Below are positions 47,142-56,180 of a stretch of 64,000 nt of DNA, in pieces. The DNA is taken from positions 271,711 through 335,710 of the forward strand of contig JBBIRK010000003.1 in assembly GCA_037441845.1 (NCBI GenBank), given 5' to 3'. The DNA comes from Candidatus Zixiibacteriota bacterium (GTDB lineage: Bacteria > Zixibacteria > MSB-5A5 > UBA10806 > 4484-95). The notes beneath the pieces were generated by a model. It made no database searches. It had not been told where the DNA came from and worked only from the letters and a program-made list of their open reading frames with translations. Each line of letters begins with the position of its first letter. The stretch's first letter is position 1. A program made the position numbers and the translations under genes.

Positions 47142-49409
47142 ATGAATCTTGTTCTTGCTCTGGATTATTTCCGCCAAAATCCAGACCTGGCTCGCAATAT
47201 CAAATGTTGGAAAACTTTCCCACCGGAGCCCGGCAAATACGAGGAGTTCCCCGCCTCTGTCGACGGGCGGATCATCGATACTTTGAAAGCCAGGGGGATC
47301 GCATGCTTGTATTCTCATCAAAAACAGGCCATTTATCAAGCCCAGCTCGGCCGCGATTTCGTGGTGGTCACTCCCACCGCATCGGGAAAATCACTCTGTT
47401 ACAATCTGCCGGTTCTCAACACGCTGCTCCGCGAAGATGCAGAGGCCAGAGCCTTGTATCTGTTTCCCACGAAGGCCTTGTCGTCGGACCAAGTCGATGA
47501 ATTGCATGATCTGGTGCAAACGCTCGGCGTGGATATCAAGACATATACTTTCGATGGCGACACTCCGGCCAGCGCCAGATCGGCGATACGAAAAGCCGGT
47601 CACATAGTCGTGACCAACCCGGATATGCTTCACTCGGGCATATTGCCTCATCATACTTTGTGGATTAAGTTGTTCGAAAAACTGCGCTATGTGGTTATCG
47701 ATGAGATACATCACTATCGTGGCGTGTTCGGTTCGCATTTGGCCAATGTTCTGCGGCGGCTCTGGCGGCTGTGTGAATTTTACGGCTCCCGGCCACAGGT
47801 AATTTGTTGCTCGGCGACTATCGGAAATCCCGGAGAGCTTGCCCAGGCTGTCGCCGGCCGCAATGTAGAAGTGATTGATGAAAGCGGCGCGCCGACTGGG
47901 GAAAGGCATTTCGTGCTTTATAATCCGCCGGTGGTCAATGCCCAACTGGGGATCCGCAAATCGGTAATAAAGGAGGCGGCCAGGCTGGCTTCGTTTTTCA
48001 TCACAAACGGCATCCAGACCATCGTATTCGCCCGCAGCCGAGTCAATGTGGAGGTTTTGACCGGCTATATAAAGGAGGAATTGAAAAAAAACAAAAAATC
48101 GCCCGAGCTCGTCAAAGGATATCGCGGCGGCTATCTGCCCAATGAACGGAGGGCGATTGAGCATGGTCTCAGGGAGCGGTCGATTTTAGGCGTGGTTTCT
48201 ACGAACGCCCTTGAACTCGGTATCGATATCGGCGGCCTGGACGTTTCGATAATGGCCGGATATCCAGGGGCGATATCGTCCTCGTGGCAGCAAGCCGGCC
48301 GTGCAGGAAGAAAGAACGCGGCATCGCTTTCGATTTTAATCGCCTCGTCGGCGCCTCTGGATCAATTTCTCATTAATCACCCCGATTACTTTTTCGGAAA
48401 AGCTCCGGAGAACGGGCTTATAGACGCTGACAATCCGGTGCTGGCGGTTTCGCATCTCAAATGCGCCGCTTTCGAACTGCCGCTCGAGCCCGACAAACCC
48501 TATGGCGATCTGCCGCTGCCGAAAATACTCGATTACCTTTCCGCCGAGCGTGTGCTTCACCAATCCGAAAACAAATATCATTATTCGGCCGAATCTTATC
48601 CGGCCACCGAGGTCTCGCTTCGCTCGGCATCACCGGAGAATTTCGTGATCATGGATCAGTCCGATCATGGCCGGGTGATCGGGGAAATCGACGAGTTCTC
48701 GGCGCCCGAACTGCTGCACCCAGAGGCGATTTATCTTCACCAAACGGCACAGTATCAGGTCAAGGAGCTCGACTGGGACGGAAAGCGCGCTTATGTCGTG
48801 CCGGTCGAGGTCGATTATTATACCGACGCTGAATCGAAGGTTTCGCTCAAGATACTGCACAAAGACCAGGAGATCGCCGGCAGGTTGATACGAGGTTGGG
48901 GCGACGTGGCCATTACCAGAGTGGTGGTCAATTATAAAAAAATTAAGTTTTTTACCCACGAAAACTGCGGCTGGGGAAGAGTGAATCTTCCCGAACAAAC
49001 CATGCATTCGACATCATTTTGGATTTCCTTGACCGACGAATTTATAAACGGCCTGAATCTATCCCGGGAATTGATCGGCGGCGGACTGCGCGGATGCGCT
49101 TGCTTGTTAAGGCAGATAGTTCCGCTTTGGATAATGTGCGATCCTGCCGATTTGCGGGCGGTGGCTATGGTTAAATCGCCTTTTCAGGAACTGCCCACCA
49201 TATATCTTTACGACAACTATCCGGGGGGTGTGGGTTTTTCCCGAAGGATATATCTATTGTTCGATGAGATCGCCTCCGCGGCGGCCGCACACCTCAAAGA
49301 GTGCCCGTGCACCGGCGGTTGCCCCTCTTGCGTCGGCCCCATGCTCGAAGTCGGTGAAAAGGGGAAGTATGCCGCAGGCGTGCTTCTCGAATCGATGTGT
49401 TCCGCTTGA
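47142..49409 (+). CDS. SF2 helicase with a C-terminal DUF1998 Cys cluster (MrfA/YprA/Hrq1 family)
   Basis: LYSHQ, TPTASGKS, PTKAL, TNPDMLH, DEIH, SAT, NALELGIDIG, QQAGRAGR, CPCTGGCPSC. Confidence 0.92.
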   Translation: MNLVLALDYFRQNPDLARNIKCWKTFPPEPGKYEEFPASVDGRIIDTLKARGIACLYSHQKQAIYQAQLGRDFVVVTPTASGKSLCYNLPVLNTLLREDAEARALYLFPTKALSSDQVDELHDLVQTLGVDIKTYTFDGDTPASARSAIRKAGHIVVTNPDMLHSGILPHHTLWIKLFEKLRYVVIDEIHHYRGVFGSHLANVLRRLWRLCEFYGSRPQVICCSATIGNPGELAQAVAGRNVEVIDESGAPTGERHFVLYNPPVVNAQLGIRKSVIKEAARLASFFITNGIQTIVFARSRVNVEVLTGYIKEELKKNKKSPELVKGYRGGYLPNERRAIEHGLRERSILGVVSTNALELGIDIGGLDVSIMAGYPGAISSSWQQAGRAGRKNAASLSILIASSAPLDQFLINHPDYFFGKAPENGLIDADNPVLAVSHLKCAAFELPLEPDKPYGDLPLPKILDYLSAERVLHQSENKYHYSAESYPATEVSLRSASPENFVIMDQSDHGRVIGEIDEFSAPELLHPEAIYLHQTAQYQVKELDWDGKRAYVVPVEVDYYTDAESKVSLKILHKDQEIAGRLIRGWGDVAITRVVVNYKKIKFFTHENCGWGRVNLPEQTMHSTSFWISLTDEFINGLNLSRELIGGGLRGCACLLRQIVPLWIMCDPADLRAVAMVKSPFQELPTIYLYDNYPGGVGFSRRIYLLFDEIASAAAAHLKECPCTGGCPSCVGPMLEVGEKGKYAAGVLLESMCSA

Positions 49410-49457
49410 ACGCAGTTTGATCTTGCTTTGGAATCCGACCGCCTTATTATTAGCCCG

Positions 49458-50423
49458 ATGAATAATATCCCCCGCAGATCGCCGATATCAAGGTTGAAAT
49501 GTTTCATATTCTCGTTTAGGATCGAAGAATTCGCTGCCCTTCTGTTCTTTTTCCCGATGGCGTATCTTACGATTAAGGCCTACACTTATTTTCTGGCGCT
49601 GGGGAATGTGCCGAACGTGTTCAAAGGCGATATGAAAAGACTGATAATCGTGGTAATAGTGATCATCATCGCCTACCTGATTGCCCGTTACCGGCGGAAT
49701 TGGCGGTTATTACGCGATCTGCTTCCTTTTTCGTATTGCCTGGCGATCTATACCAATCTGCACGATACGGTTCATTTTGCCAATCCCAACGATATTCACG
49801 ATTCTTTGATAGCCGTCGATCAGTGGTTGTTCGGTGTTCAGCCTTGCGTATGGGCGCAGCGATTCATCCACCCGACATTGACCGATATATTTTCGTTCTG
49901 CTACATGATATTTTTCCTATTCGCTCCCATAGTCGCCCTTGTGCTTTATTTGAAAAAAATGCGGCTCGAATTCAGAGAAACGCTGGTGACGGTGATTTTG
50001 TGTTTTTATTGCGGATATATTTTATATGTGCTTTTTCCAGCCGCTCCTCCGCGATTGACTTTGAAACATCTCTTTTACGTGAAATTCGACGGTTCACCTA
50101 TTCACGACATGGAAACGATGATGTTCAACGTTTTGCCGAGCGAATCGCGTTGCGCTTTTCCCTCTCTGCATGCGGCGGTGACGTTGCTTTCGCTCATGTT
50201 CGCCTGGAAATACACGCGGATTACGTTTTGGATTTTATTACCTTTTTGTCTGGGTCTATTTCTTTCGACGATTTATTTGAGGCATCATTATGTGGTGGAT
50301 CTGTTGGCCGGCTGGGCGTTGGCGGTGCTGGCATTTTGGCTTCTGCCGCGACTGGATCGATGGTGGAGAGCCAAGGCCGAGTCATGCGCTGCCGAACGCG
50401 AAAGGGCGAACCGATTGCAATAA
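49458..50423 (+). CDS. PAP2-superfamily membrane protein (Aur1/IPC-synthase-like subgroup)
   Basis: FPAAPPR, AFPSLHAA, LRHHYVVD; multiple TM segments. Confidence 0.85.
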   Translation: MNNIPRRSPISRLKCFIFSFRIEEFAALLFFFPMAYLTIKAYTYFLALGNVPNVFKGDMKRLIIVVIVIIIAYLIARYRRNWRLLRDLLPFSYCLAIYTNLHDTVHFANPNDIHDSLIAVDQWLFGVQPCVWAQRFIHPTLTDIFSFCYMIFFLFAPIVALVLYLKKMRLEFRETLVTVILCFYCGYILYVLFPAAPPRLTLKHLFYVKFDGSPIHDMETMMFNVLPSESRCAFPSLHAAVTLLSLMFAWKYTRITFWILLPFCLGLFLSTIYLRHHYVVDLLAGWALAVLAFWLLPRLDRWWRAKAESCAAERERANRLQ

Positions 50424-50488
50424 TCAACGTAATCCACTACGATATTCATCGGGGAACAATAAGCGGTTTTCCGCTGTTGGTATGACAA

Positions 50489-51757
50489 ATGATTAGAATC
50501 GCATTCGATGCCATAGGCTGCAAAGTGAATCAATACGAAATTCAGGCGATCGCCGAGGCGCTCGAGCCTTATGGGTTCGTGAGGGTCGGGACGGATGAGC
50601 CCGCCGATATTTATGTGGTGAACACTTGCACCGTCACCGCACGCGCCGATTCCGATTCGAAAAACGCGATCCGCAAGGCCAAAGGGCGCAATCCCGAATC
50701 GAAAGTAATCGTCACCGGTTGTTTGGCCGAATTGAATCCGTCTTTGCTGAAAAGTATCGACAAGGGCGTTCTGGTGGCCGGCAATTCGATGAAACACGAC
50801 ATACCAAGGCTCCTCGTGGAATCGATGGGGGGGAAGTGGCGGCATGGAGAAATCGATACTTATATCAGCCGCATGGATGGGCACAGCCGAGCGTTCGTGA
50901 AAATACAGGATGGGTGCGCCGATGGGTGCTCGTATTGTACTATCTGGAAAGCGAGGGGAAAGCCGCGATCCCGATCGTATAGGAGCATCATAAACGAGAT
51001 AAATTCATTATATGAACACGGCTATCGCGAAGTGGTCCTGACAGGTGTGCATATCGGCAAATACCAGGACGATTTCGGACTGACCGGCCTGTTGGAAAAT
51101 ATCCTCAAAGAAACGTCGATGCCGCGTCTGAGGCTGTCATCTTTGAAACCTAACGAAATCACCCCGGACTTGTTGCAATTATTCGCCGAGCAAAAAAGAA
51201 TCTGCCCACATCTGCACTTGCCGATTCAATCGGGAAGCGATCGGATTTTGGGCTTGATGAAACGCGGCTATTCGACGGCTCAAATCGAATCCACGATAGA
51301 AACGGCGATCAAGGTCCGTCCGGAAACAACCATAGGCGCCGATATGATGGTTGGATTTCCCGGTGAAACGGCGTCGGATTTTCGCGAAAGTCAAGACTTG
51401 ATCGAGAATCTGCCGATTCATCTTCTTCATGTATTTTCTTATTCCGATAGACCGGGAACGCCGGCCTCGAGTTTCCCTGATAAAGTCTCGGTTGTTGAAA
51501 TCAAGACAAGACATGCGAAACTCGTCAAGGTCGGGCGACACAAGAAGGCTGATCACCTGAAAAAATTCATCGGCAAGAGGCTCGAAGTCGTCGTCGAAAG
51601 CGAAGCTTCGGAAGGCGTGGCTTACGGAACCAGCGGAAACTATTTGAAAGTAAGTTTTCGCGGGGGAGATATCGCCAAGAGCGCTCTTGCCGAGGTCGCG
51701 ATAACCGATGTTGACAATAATATATTACATGGAGAACTTGTTAGCCGTTTGAATTAA
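50489..51757 (+). CDS. mtaB: tRNA threonylcarbamoyladenosine methylthiotransferase MtaB
   Basis: GCKVNQYE, NTCTVT, VTGC, RAFVKIQDGCADGCSYC (radical SAM), TRAM-like tail. Confidence 0.92.
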   Translation: MIRIAFDAIGCKVNQYEIQAIAEALEPYGFVRVGTDEPADIYVVNTCTVTARADSDSKNAIRKAKGRNPESKVIVTGCLAELNPSLLKSIDKGVLVAGNSMKHDIPRLLVESMGGKWRHGEIDTYISRMDGHSRAFVKIQDGCADGCSYCTIWKARGKPRSRSYRSIINEINSLYEHGYREVVLTGVHIGKYQDDFGLTGLLENILKETSMPRLRLSSLKPNEITPDLLQLFAEQKRICPHLHLPIQSGSDRILGLMKRGYSTAQIESTIETAIKVRPETTIGADMMVGFPGETASDFRESQDLIENLPIHLLHVFSYSDRPGTPASSFPDKVSVVEIKTRHAKLVKVGRHKKADHLKKFIGKRLEVVVESEASEGVAYGTSGNYLKVSFRGGDIAKSALAEVAITDVDNNILHGELVSRLN

Positions 51758-51765
51758 AAAAAGAT

Positions 51766-51795
51766 TTGACATTATGGCGGAAACGATGTTATTAT
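51766..51795 (+). promoter_or_regulatory. Sigma70 promoter of the nuo operon
   Basis: TTGACA-N18-TATTAT with an extended TGn element. Confidence 0.65.
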
Positions 51796-51838
51796 CATGC
51801 CTTAAATTAACGGGCGCGTTTATTTTTTTGAGCCCCTT

Positions 51839-51856
51839 TTGTGAAATAAATCACAG
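51839..51856 (+). promoter_or_regulatory. Rex-like (or CRP-like) operator
   Basis: TTGTGAA-ATAA-ATCACAG versus Rex TTGTGAA-N4-TTCACAA; contains a perfect TGTGA-N6-TCACA. Confidence 0.65.
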
Positions 51857-51865
51857 GTGACGCGG

Positions 51866-52222
51866 ATGTTCGAGTCCCTTTTCCCGATATTTGTTTTGGC
51901 GCTGTTCACTGTAATTGCAGTATTGGTAATGGTTTATCTACCAATGCTCACGGCGCCTCGCAGCCGCAGCAATCGTAAAGTTGCTGCTTATGAATGTGGT
52001 CTTATCCCGGATACCGATGCCCGAGGACGATTCCCTGTCAAATTTTATCTGGTGGCGATCGTTTTCATAATTTTCGATATCGAAGCTGTATTCATTTTCC
52101 CTTGGGCGCTTATTTTCAAGGATCTCGGGCTGTTCGGTCTGATTGAAATGGGGCTGTTCATTCTGATTCTGCTGCTCGGTTATTTCTATATTCTCGGCAA
52201 GGGGATACTTTCATGGGAATAG
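51866..52222 (+). CDS. nuoA: NADH-quinone oxidoreductase subunit A
   Basis: [19 protein letters not shown]. Confidence 0.96.
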   Translation: MFESLFPIFVLALFTVIAVLVMVYLPMLTAPRSRSNRKVAAYECGLIPDTDARGRFPVKFYLVAIVFIIFDIEAVFIFPWALIFKDLGLFGLIEMGLFILILLLGYFYILGKGILSWE

Positions 52223-52689
52223 AAAAGATCATTCCTGACGGCATAATGCTGACAAGCGTGGAAAAAGCGGTCGGTTGGGCTCGCAAATCGTCGGTTTGGC
52301 CCCTCGGATTCGGACTGGCCTGTTGCGCTATCGAGATGATGTCCACCTTTGCCTCGCATTATGACCTCTCGCGTTTCGGCATGGAAATAATGAGGCCGTC
52401 GCCGCGCCAGGCCGATTTGATGATCGTCGCCGGCCGATTGTCGGTGCGTATGGCTCCAATTATAAAACAGCTGTACGAGCAGATGCCCGACCCCAAATAC
52501 GTGATTTCCATGGGTGCCTGCGCTTCCTGCGGCGGCATTTTCAATAATTACGCCATCGTCCAAGGCGTCGATAAGGTCATCCCCGTCGATATCTACGTTC
52601 CGGGATGTCCGCCTAATCCCGAAATGCTGATCGACGGAATCATGAAACTACATCGGAAGATTCAGAACGAGAAGTTGAAAAAGGCCTGA
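52213..52689 (+). CDS. nuoB: NADH-quinone oxidoreductase subunit B
   Basis: [25 protein letters not shown]. Confidence 0.97.
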   Translation: MGIEKIIPDGIMLTSVEKAVGWARKSSVWPLGFGLACCAIEMMSTFASHYDLSRFGMEIMRPSPRQADLMIVAGRLSVRMAPIIKQLYEQMPDPKYVISMGACASCGGIFNNYAIVQGVDKVIPVDIYVPGCPPNPEMLIDGIMKLHRKIQNEKLKKA

Positions 52690-53216
52690 TGCTCCCCGAA
52701 CAAATTAAAAGCCAACTGGAAAAAGACCGAGCCGGCGATTTCGAATCGATTCAGATTATCCGCGGCGATATCAGCGCTTATGTTCGAAAAGAACGCCTGA
52801 TAGACCTATGCCGATATCTTCGCGAAAACCCCGATCTGCAATTCAATTTCCTTTCCATGATAACGGCGGCGGATTACCTGTCGCGGCGAAAAAAACGTTT
52901 CGATGTCGTCTATTCGTTGTATTCCATACCGAACCATCATCGGATAATGTTGAAAGTGATGTTGGACGACGGGGAGGAAGTTCCCAGCCTTACGGCGCTA
53001 TGGGATACGGCCAATTGGCAGGAGCGCGAAGTATTCGACATGTTCGGGATTAAGTTCAGCGGCCATCCCGATTTAAGGCGGATTCTGCTCGATGAGGATT
53101 GGATCGGATTTCCGCAACGCAAAGATTTTCCGCTTACTTATGAAATGCCGGAATTCAGCCATAACCGCGGCCGGACCGAGCTATTGAATCACGATCGAAA
53201 AACGGAGTCGTTTTGA
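52689..53216 (+). CDS. nuoC: NADH-quinone oxidoreductase subunit C
   Basis: ANWQEREVFDMFGI.FSGHPDLRRIL..RKDFPL. Confidence 0.96.
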   Translation: MLPEQIKSQLEKDRAGDFESIQIIRGDISAYVRKERLIDLCRYLRENPDLQFNFLSMITAADYLSRRKKRFDVVYSLYSIPNHHRIMLKVMLDDGEEVPSLTALWDTANWQEREVFDMFGIKFSGHPDLRRILLDEDWIGFPQRKDFPLTYEMPEFSHNRGRTELLNHDRKTESF

Positions 53217-54382
53217 GCGAAGAGGTAATGGTTCTTAACGTCGGCCCTCAGCATCCCGCCACTCACGGGGTATTAAGGGTGAAGCTTAAGCTCGACGGCG
53301 AAACCATAATCGAGGCCGAGCCGATCGTCGGTTACCTGCACACCGGTATCGAAAAGACGATGGAGGCCAAGACCTACACGCAGGCCCTCACTATGACGGA
53401 TAGGATGGACTACTTGGCCCCGATGTCGAATAATCTTGTTTACGTGATGGCGGTTGAAAAATTGATGGGGGTGGAGGTGCCCGAAAGGGCGCAATATATA
53501 CGAGTGATTCTTACCGAATTGACCCGCATTAATTCCCATCTGGTATGGCTGGGCACGCACGCCACCGATATCGGCGCCATGACCATGTTTCTCTATTGTT
53601 TCCGGGAGCGCGAGAAAATCTTGAAAATATACGAGTTCGTGTCGGGCGTGCGCATGATGTCTTCTTATTTCCGCGTCGGGGGGTTGGCCAAGGACGTGCC
53701 GGCCGGATTCGATAAAAGAGTAAAGGAAATTCTCGATACGTTCCCGGCGAAAATCGATGAATACGAAAGTTTACTCACCGAAAATCAGATCTGGAAGAAA
53801 AGGACGATTGGAGTCGGTGTAATCAGCGCCGAGGAGGCGATAAATTCCGGTTTGTCGGGTCCGCTATTGCGCGCCTGCGGCGTAAATTGGGATATTCGTA
53901 AGGCAAATCCATACTGCGGTTACGACAAATTCGATTTCGATGTTCCGCTCGGCCGCAACGGAGACACTTACGATCGTTACAAATGCCGTGTCGAGGAGAT
54001 GCGCCAATCTCTAAGGATAGTGCGCCAGGCCCTCGATGGTTTGCCCGAGGGACCTTATATCACGACCGATCGCAAAATCGCCCCGCCGCCGAAAGAGGAA
54101 GTATTGAAAAATATGGAGCAGTTGATTCACCACTTCAAGATTTGGGTCGATGGTTTCTGTCCGCCTGTGGGTGACGTTTATCATTCGATCGAATCGCCCA
54201 AGGGTGAAATCGGATGCTACATAGTTTCGGACGGAACCAAAAAGCCGTACCGGGTGCATTTCAGGCCGCCGTCGTTCATCAATATCTCGGCCTTGAACAA
54301 ACTCGCCCGCGGACGCATGATTGCCGACCTGATCGCCATAATCGGATCCACCGATATCGTGCTTGGGGAAATCGACCGATAA
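53213..54382 (+). CDS. nuoD: NADH-quinone oxidoreductase subunit D
   Basis: GPQHPATHGVLR, GYLHTGIEK, DRMDY, ESPKGE, DIVLGEIDR. Confidence 0.97.
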   Translation: MSEEVMVLNVGPQHPATHGVLRVKLKLDGETIIEAEPIVGYLHTGIEKTMEAKTYTQALTMTDRMDYLAPMSNNLVYVMAVEKLMGVEVPERAQYIRVILTELTRINSHLVWLGTHATDIGAMTMFLYCFREREKILKIYEFVSGVRMMSSYFRVGGLAKDVPAGFDKRVKEILDTFPAKIDEYESLLTENQIWKKRTIGVGVISAEEAINSGLSGPLLRACGVNWDIRKANPYCGYDKFDFDVPLGRNGDTYDRYKCRVEEMRQSLRIVRQALDGLPEGPYITTDRKIAPPPKEEVLKNMEQLIHHFKIWVDGFCPPVGDVYHSIESPKGEIGCYIVSDGTKKPYRVHFRPPSFINISALNKLARGRMIADLIAIIGSTDIVLGEIDR

Positions 54383-54408
54383 CCATCGACCTGTCGGGAA
54401 AATAAAAG

Positions 54409-54903
54409 ATGGAGAAAATCGAAAAATCGAAATTATCCGCGGAGTCGATCGAGAAAATCAAAGCCCTGCTCGATGTTTTCCCTCAACGCAAGTCGATGGT
54501 GTTGCCGGTTCTTCATATCGTTTATGAACAATTCGGTTATCTCGATAAAGAGGCGATCGCCGAAGCCGCCCGGATTTGCGACGTGGCAAAAGTGCATTTC
54601 GAGGAGGCGGCCGATTTTTATACCATGTTTCCGCTTAAACCGGTGGGCAAGTATTTGATCCAAGTTTGCCGAAATATCTCTTGTTCTCTTCTCGGATCGG
54701 AAGAACTGGTGGATTATCTTAAAAGCAAGCTCGGGATTGAAGTAGGGGAGACCACTCCCGATGGATTATTCACCTTGGTTGTGGTGGAATGCCTCGGTTC
54801 CTGCGGAACGGCGCCGGTGGCACAGATAAACGACAAGTATTACGAAAACTTAACGCGAGCGAAGATCGACGGCATCCTCTCCGAATTGAGGGAAAAAGCA
54901 TGA
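54409..54903 (+). CDS. nuoE: NADH-quinone oxidoreductase subunit E
   Basis: FYTMF, CRNISC, ECLGSC..AP. Confidence 0.95.
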   Translation: MEKIEKSKLSAESIEKIKALLDVFPQRKSMVLPVLHIVYEQFGYLDKEAIAEAARICDVAKVHFEEAADFYTMFPLKPVGKYLIQVCRNISCSLLGSEELVDYLKSKLGIEVGETTPDGLFTLVVVECLGSCGTAPVAQINDKYYENLTRAKIDGILSELREKA

Positions 54904-56180
54904 GCTTTCAGCCGTTTTTGCTTAGAGCCATCGAGGATGATGACCGGTTCGACGTCTATGTCAAGCACGGTGGCTATTCCGCACTGCGAAAGGCACTGAA
55001 AGAATTTTCGCCGGAAAGTTTGACCGAAGAAGTCATCAATTCAGGACTTCGAGGTCGCGGAGGCGCAGGTTTCCCGACTGGCAGAAAATGGTCGTTTATC
55101 CCCAAAAATTCCGGCAAACCGGTCTATCTATGCGTCAATGCCGATGAGTCCGAGCCTGGGACGTTCAAGGACAGGGAGCTGATGCTTAAACATCCTCACC
55201 TGGTTATCGAGGGCACGATCATTTCCGCATACGCCATAAAATGCAATCACGCCTTCATATATATAAGAGGGGAATTCGCCGAGGAAGCCCGCCGGTTGCA
55301 AAAGGCCATCGCCGAGGCCTCGGCGCACGGATTTTTGGGAGAAAATATTCTCGGATCGGGATTTAATTTAAGGATCACCATCTATCGCGGTGGAGGAGCC
55401 TATATTTGCGGTGAGGAAACTTCGCTGATGACCTCCCTCGAGGGCGGCCCAGGATATCCTCGCGTCAAGCCGCCTTTCCCGGCGGTGTCCGGGCTTTACG
55501 GCTGCCCGACGATTATTAATAACGTCGAAACTCTGTCAAATCTCCCTGCCATAGTCAATAACGGTGCGGATTGGTTCAAATCTATCGGTACTCCTCGATC
55601 GCCCGGCAGCAAGATATTTTGCGTATCGGGACACGTAGTCAGGCCCGGCAACTATGAATTGCCCATGGGAATCTCTTTGCGCGAATTGTTGTATGAACAC
55701 GCCGGCGGAATCGCCAACGACAGGAATCTGAAAGCGGTGATTCCGGGCGGATCCTCCGTGCCGATACTGACGGCCGACAAGATCGATGTGCGCATGGATT
55801 TCGAGTCGCTGGCGGAGGCCGGCTCGATGCTCGGCTCGGCGGGCGTAATCGTTATCGACGATGCCACTTGCATCGTGAGAGCCGCCTATATAATCTCGAG
55901 ATTCTATCAGCATGAATCCTGCGGCCAGTGCACTCCTTGCCGGCAAGGAACGCTTTGGATGGATCGGATCTTGCACAGAATCGAACATGGCCGGGGGCGC
56001 AGTGAGGATCTGGACTTGCTGCTTGATATATGCGACAATATCGAGGGAAACACGATCTGCCCGCTCGGCGATGCCGCTGTGCCGTCGGTAAGAACCTCGA
56101 TAAAGCTCTTTCGGGAAGAGTATGAGTACCATATCAAGCACAAGAAATGTCTGGTTGACCCGGTCAAGAGGTTATCCTAA
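54900..56180 (+). CDS. nuoF: NADH-quinone oxidoreductase subunit F
   Basis: GLRGRGGAGFPTG, NADESEPGTFKD, YICGEET, ESCGQCTPC..ICPLG; ATG overlaps the nuoE stop. Confidence 0.97.
   Translation: MSFQPFLLRAIEDDDRFDVYVKHGGYSALRKALKEFSPESLTEEVINSGLRGRGGAGFPTGRKWSFIPKNSGKPVYLCVNADESEPGTFKDRELMLKHPHLVIEGTIISAYAIKCNHAFIYIRGEFAEEARRLQKAIAEASAHGFLGENILGSGFNLRITIYRGGGAYICGEETSLMTSLEGGPGYPRVKPPFPAVSGLYGCPTIINNVETLSNLPAIVNNGADWFKSIGTPRSPGSKIFCVSGHVVRPGNYELPMGISLRELLYEHAGGIANDRNLKAVIPGGSSVPILTADKIDVRMDFESLAEAGSMLGSAGVIVIDDATCIVRAAYIISRFYQHESCGQCTPCRQGTLWMDRILHRIEHGRGRSEDLDLLLDICDNIEGNTICPLGDAAVPSVRTSIKLFREEYEYHIKHKKCLVDPVKRLS

Noticed and set aside
47142..49409. DISARM or Druantia defence system suggested by the DUF1998 helicase
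   Set aside because: No methylase, PLD nuclease or other defence genes nearby; the architecture fits a housekeeping MrfA/Hrq1-type helicase.
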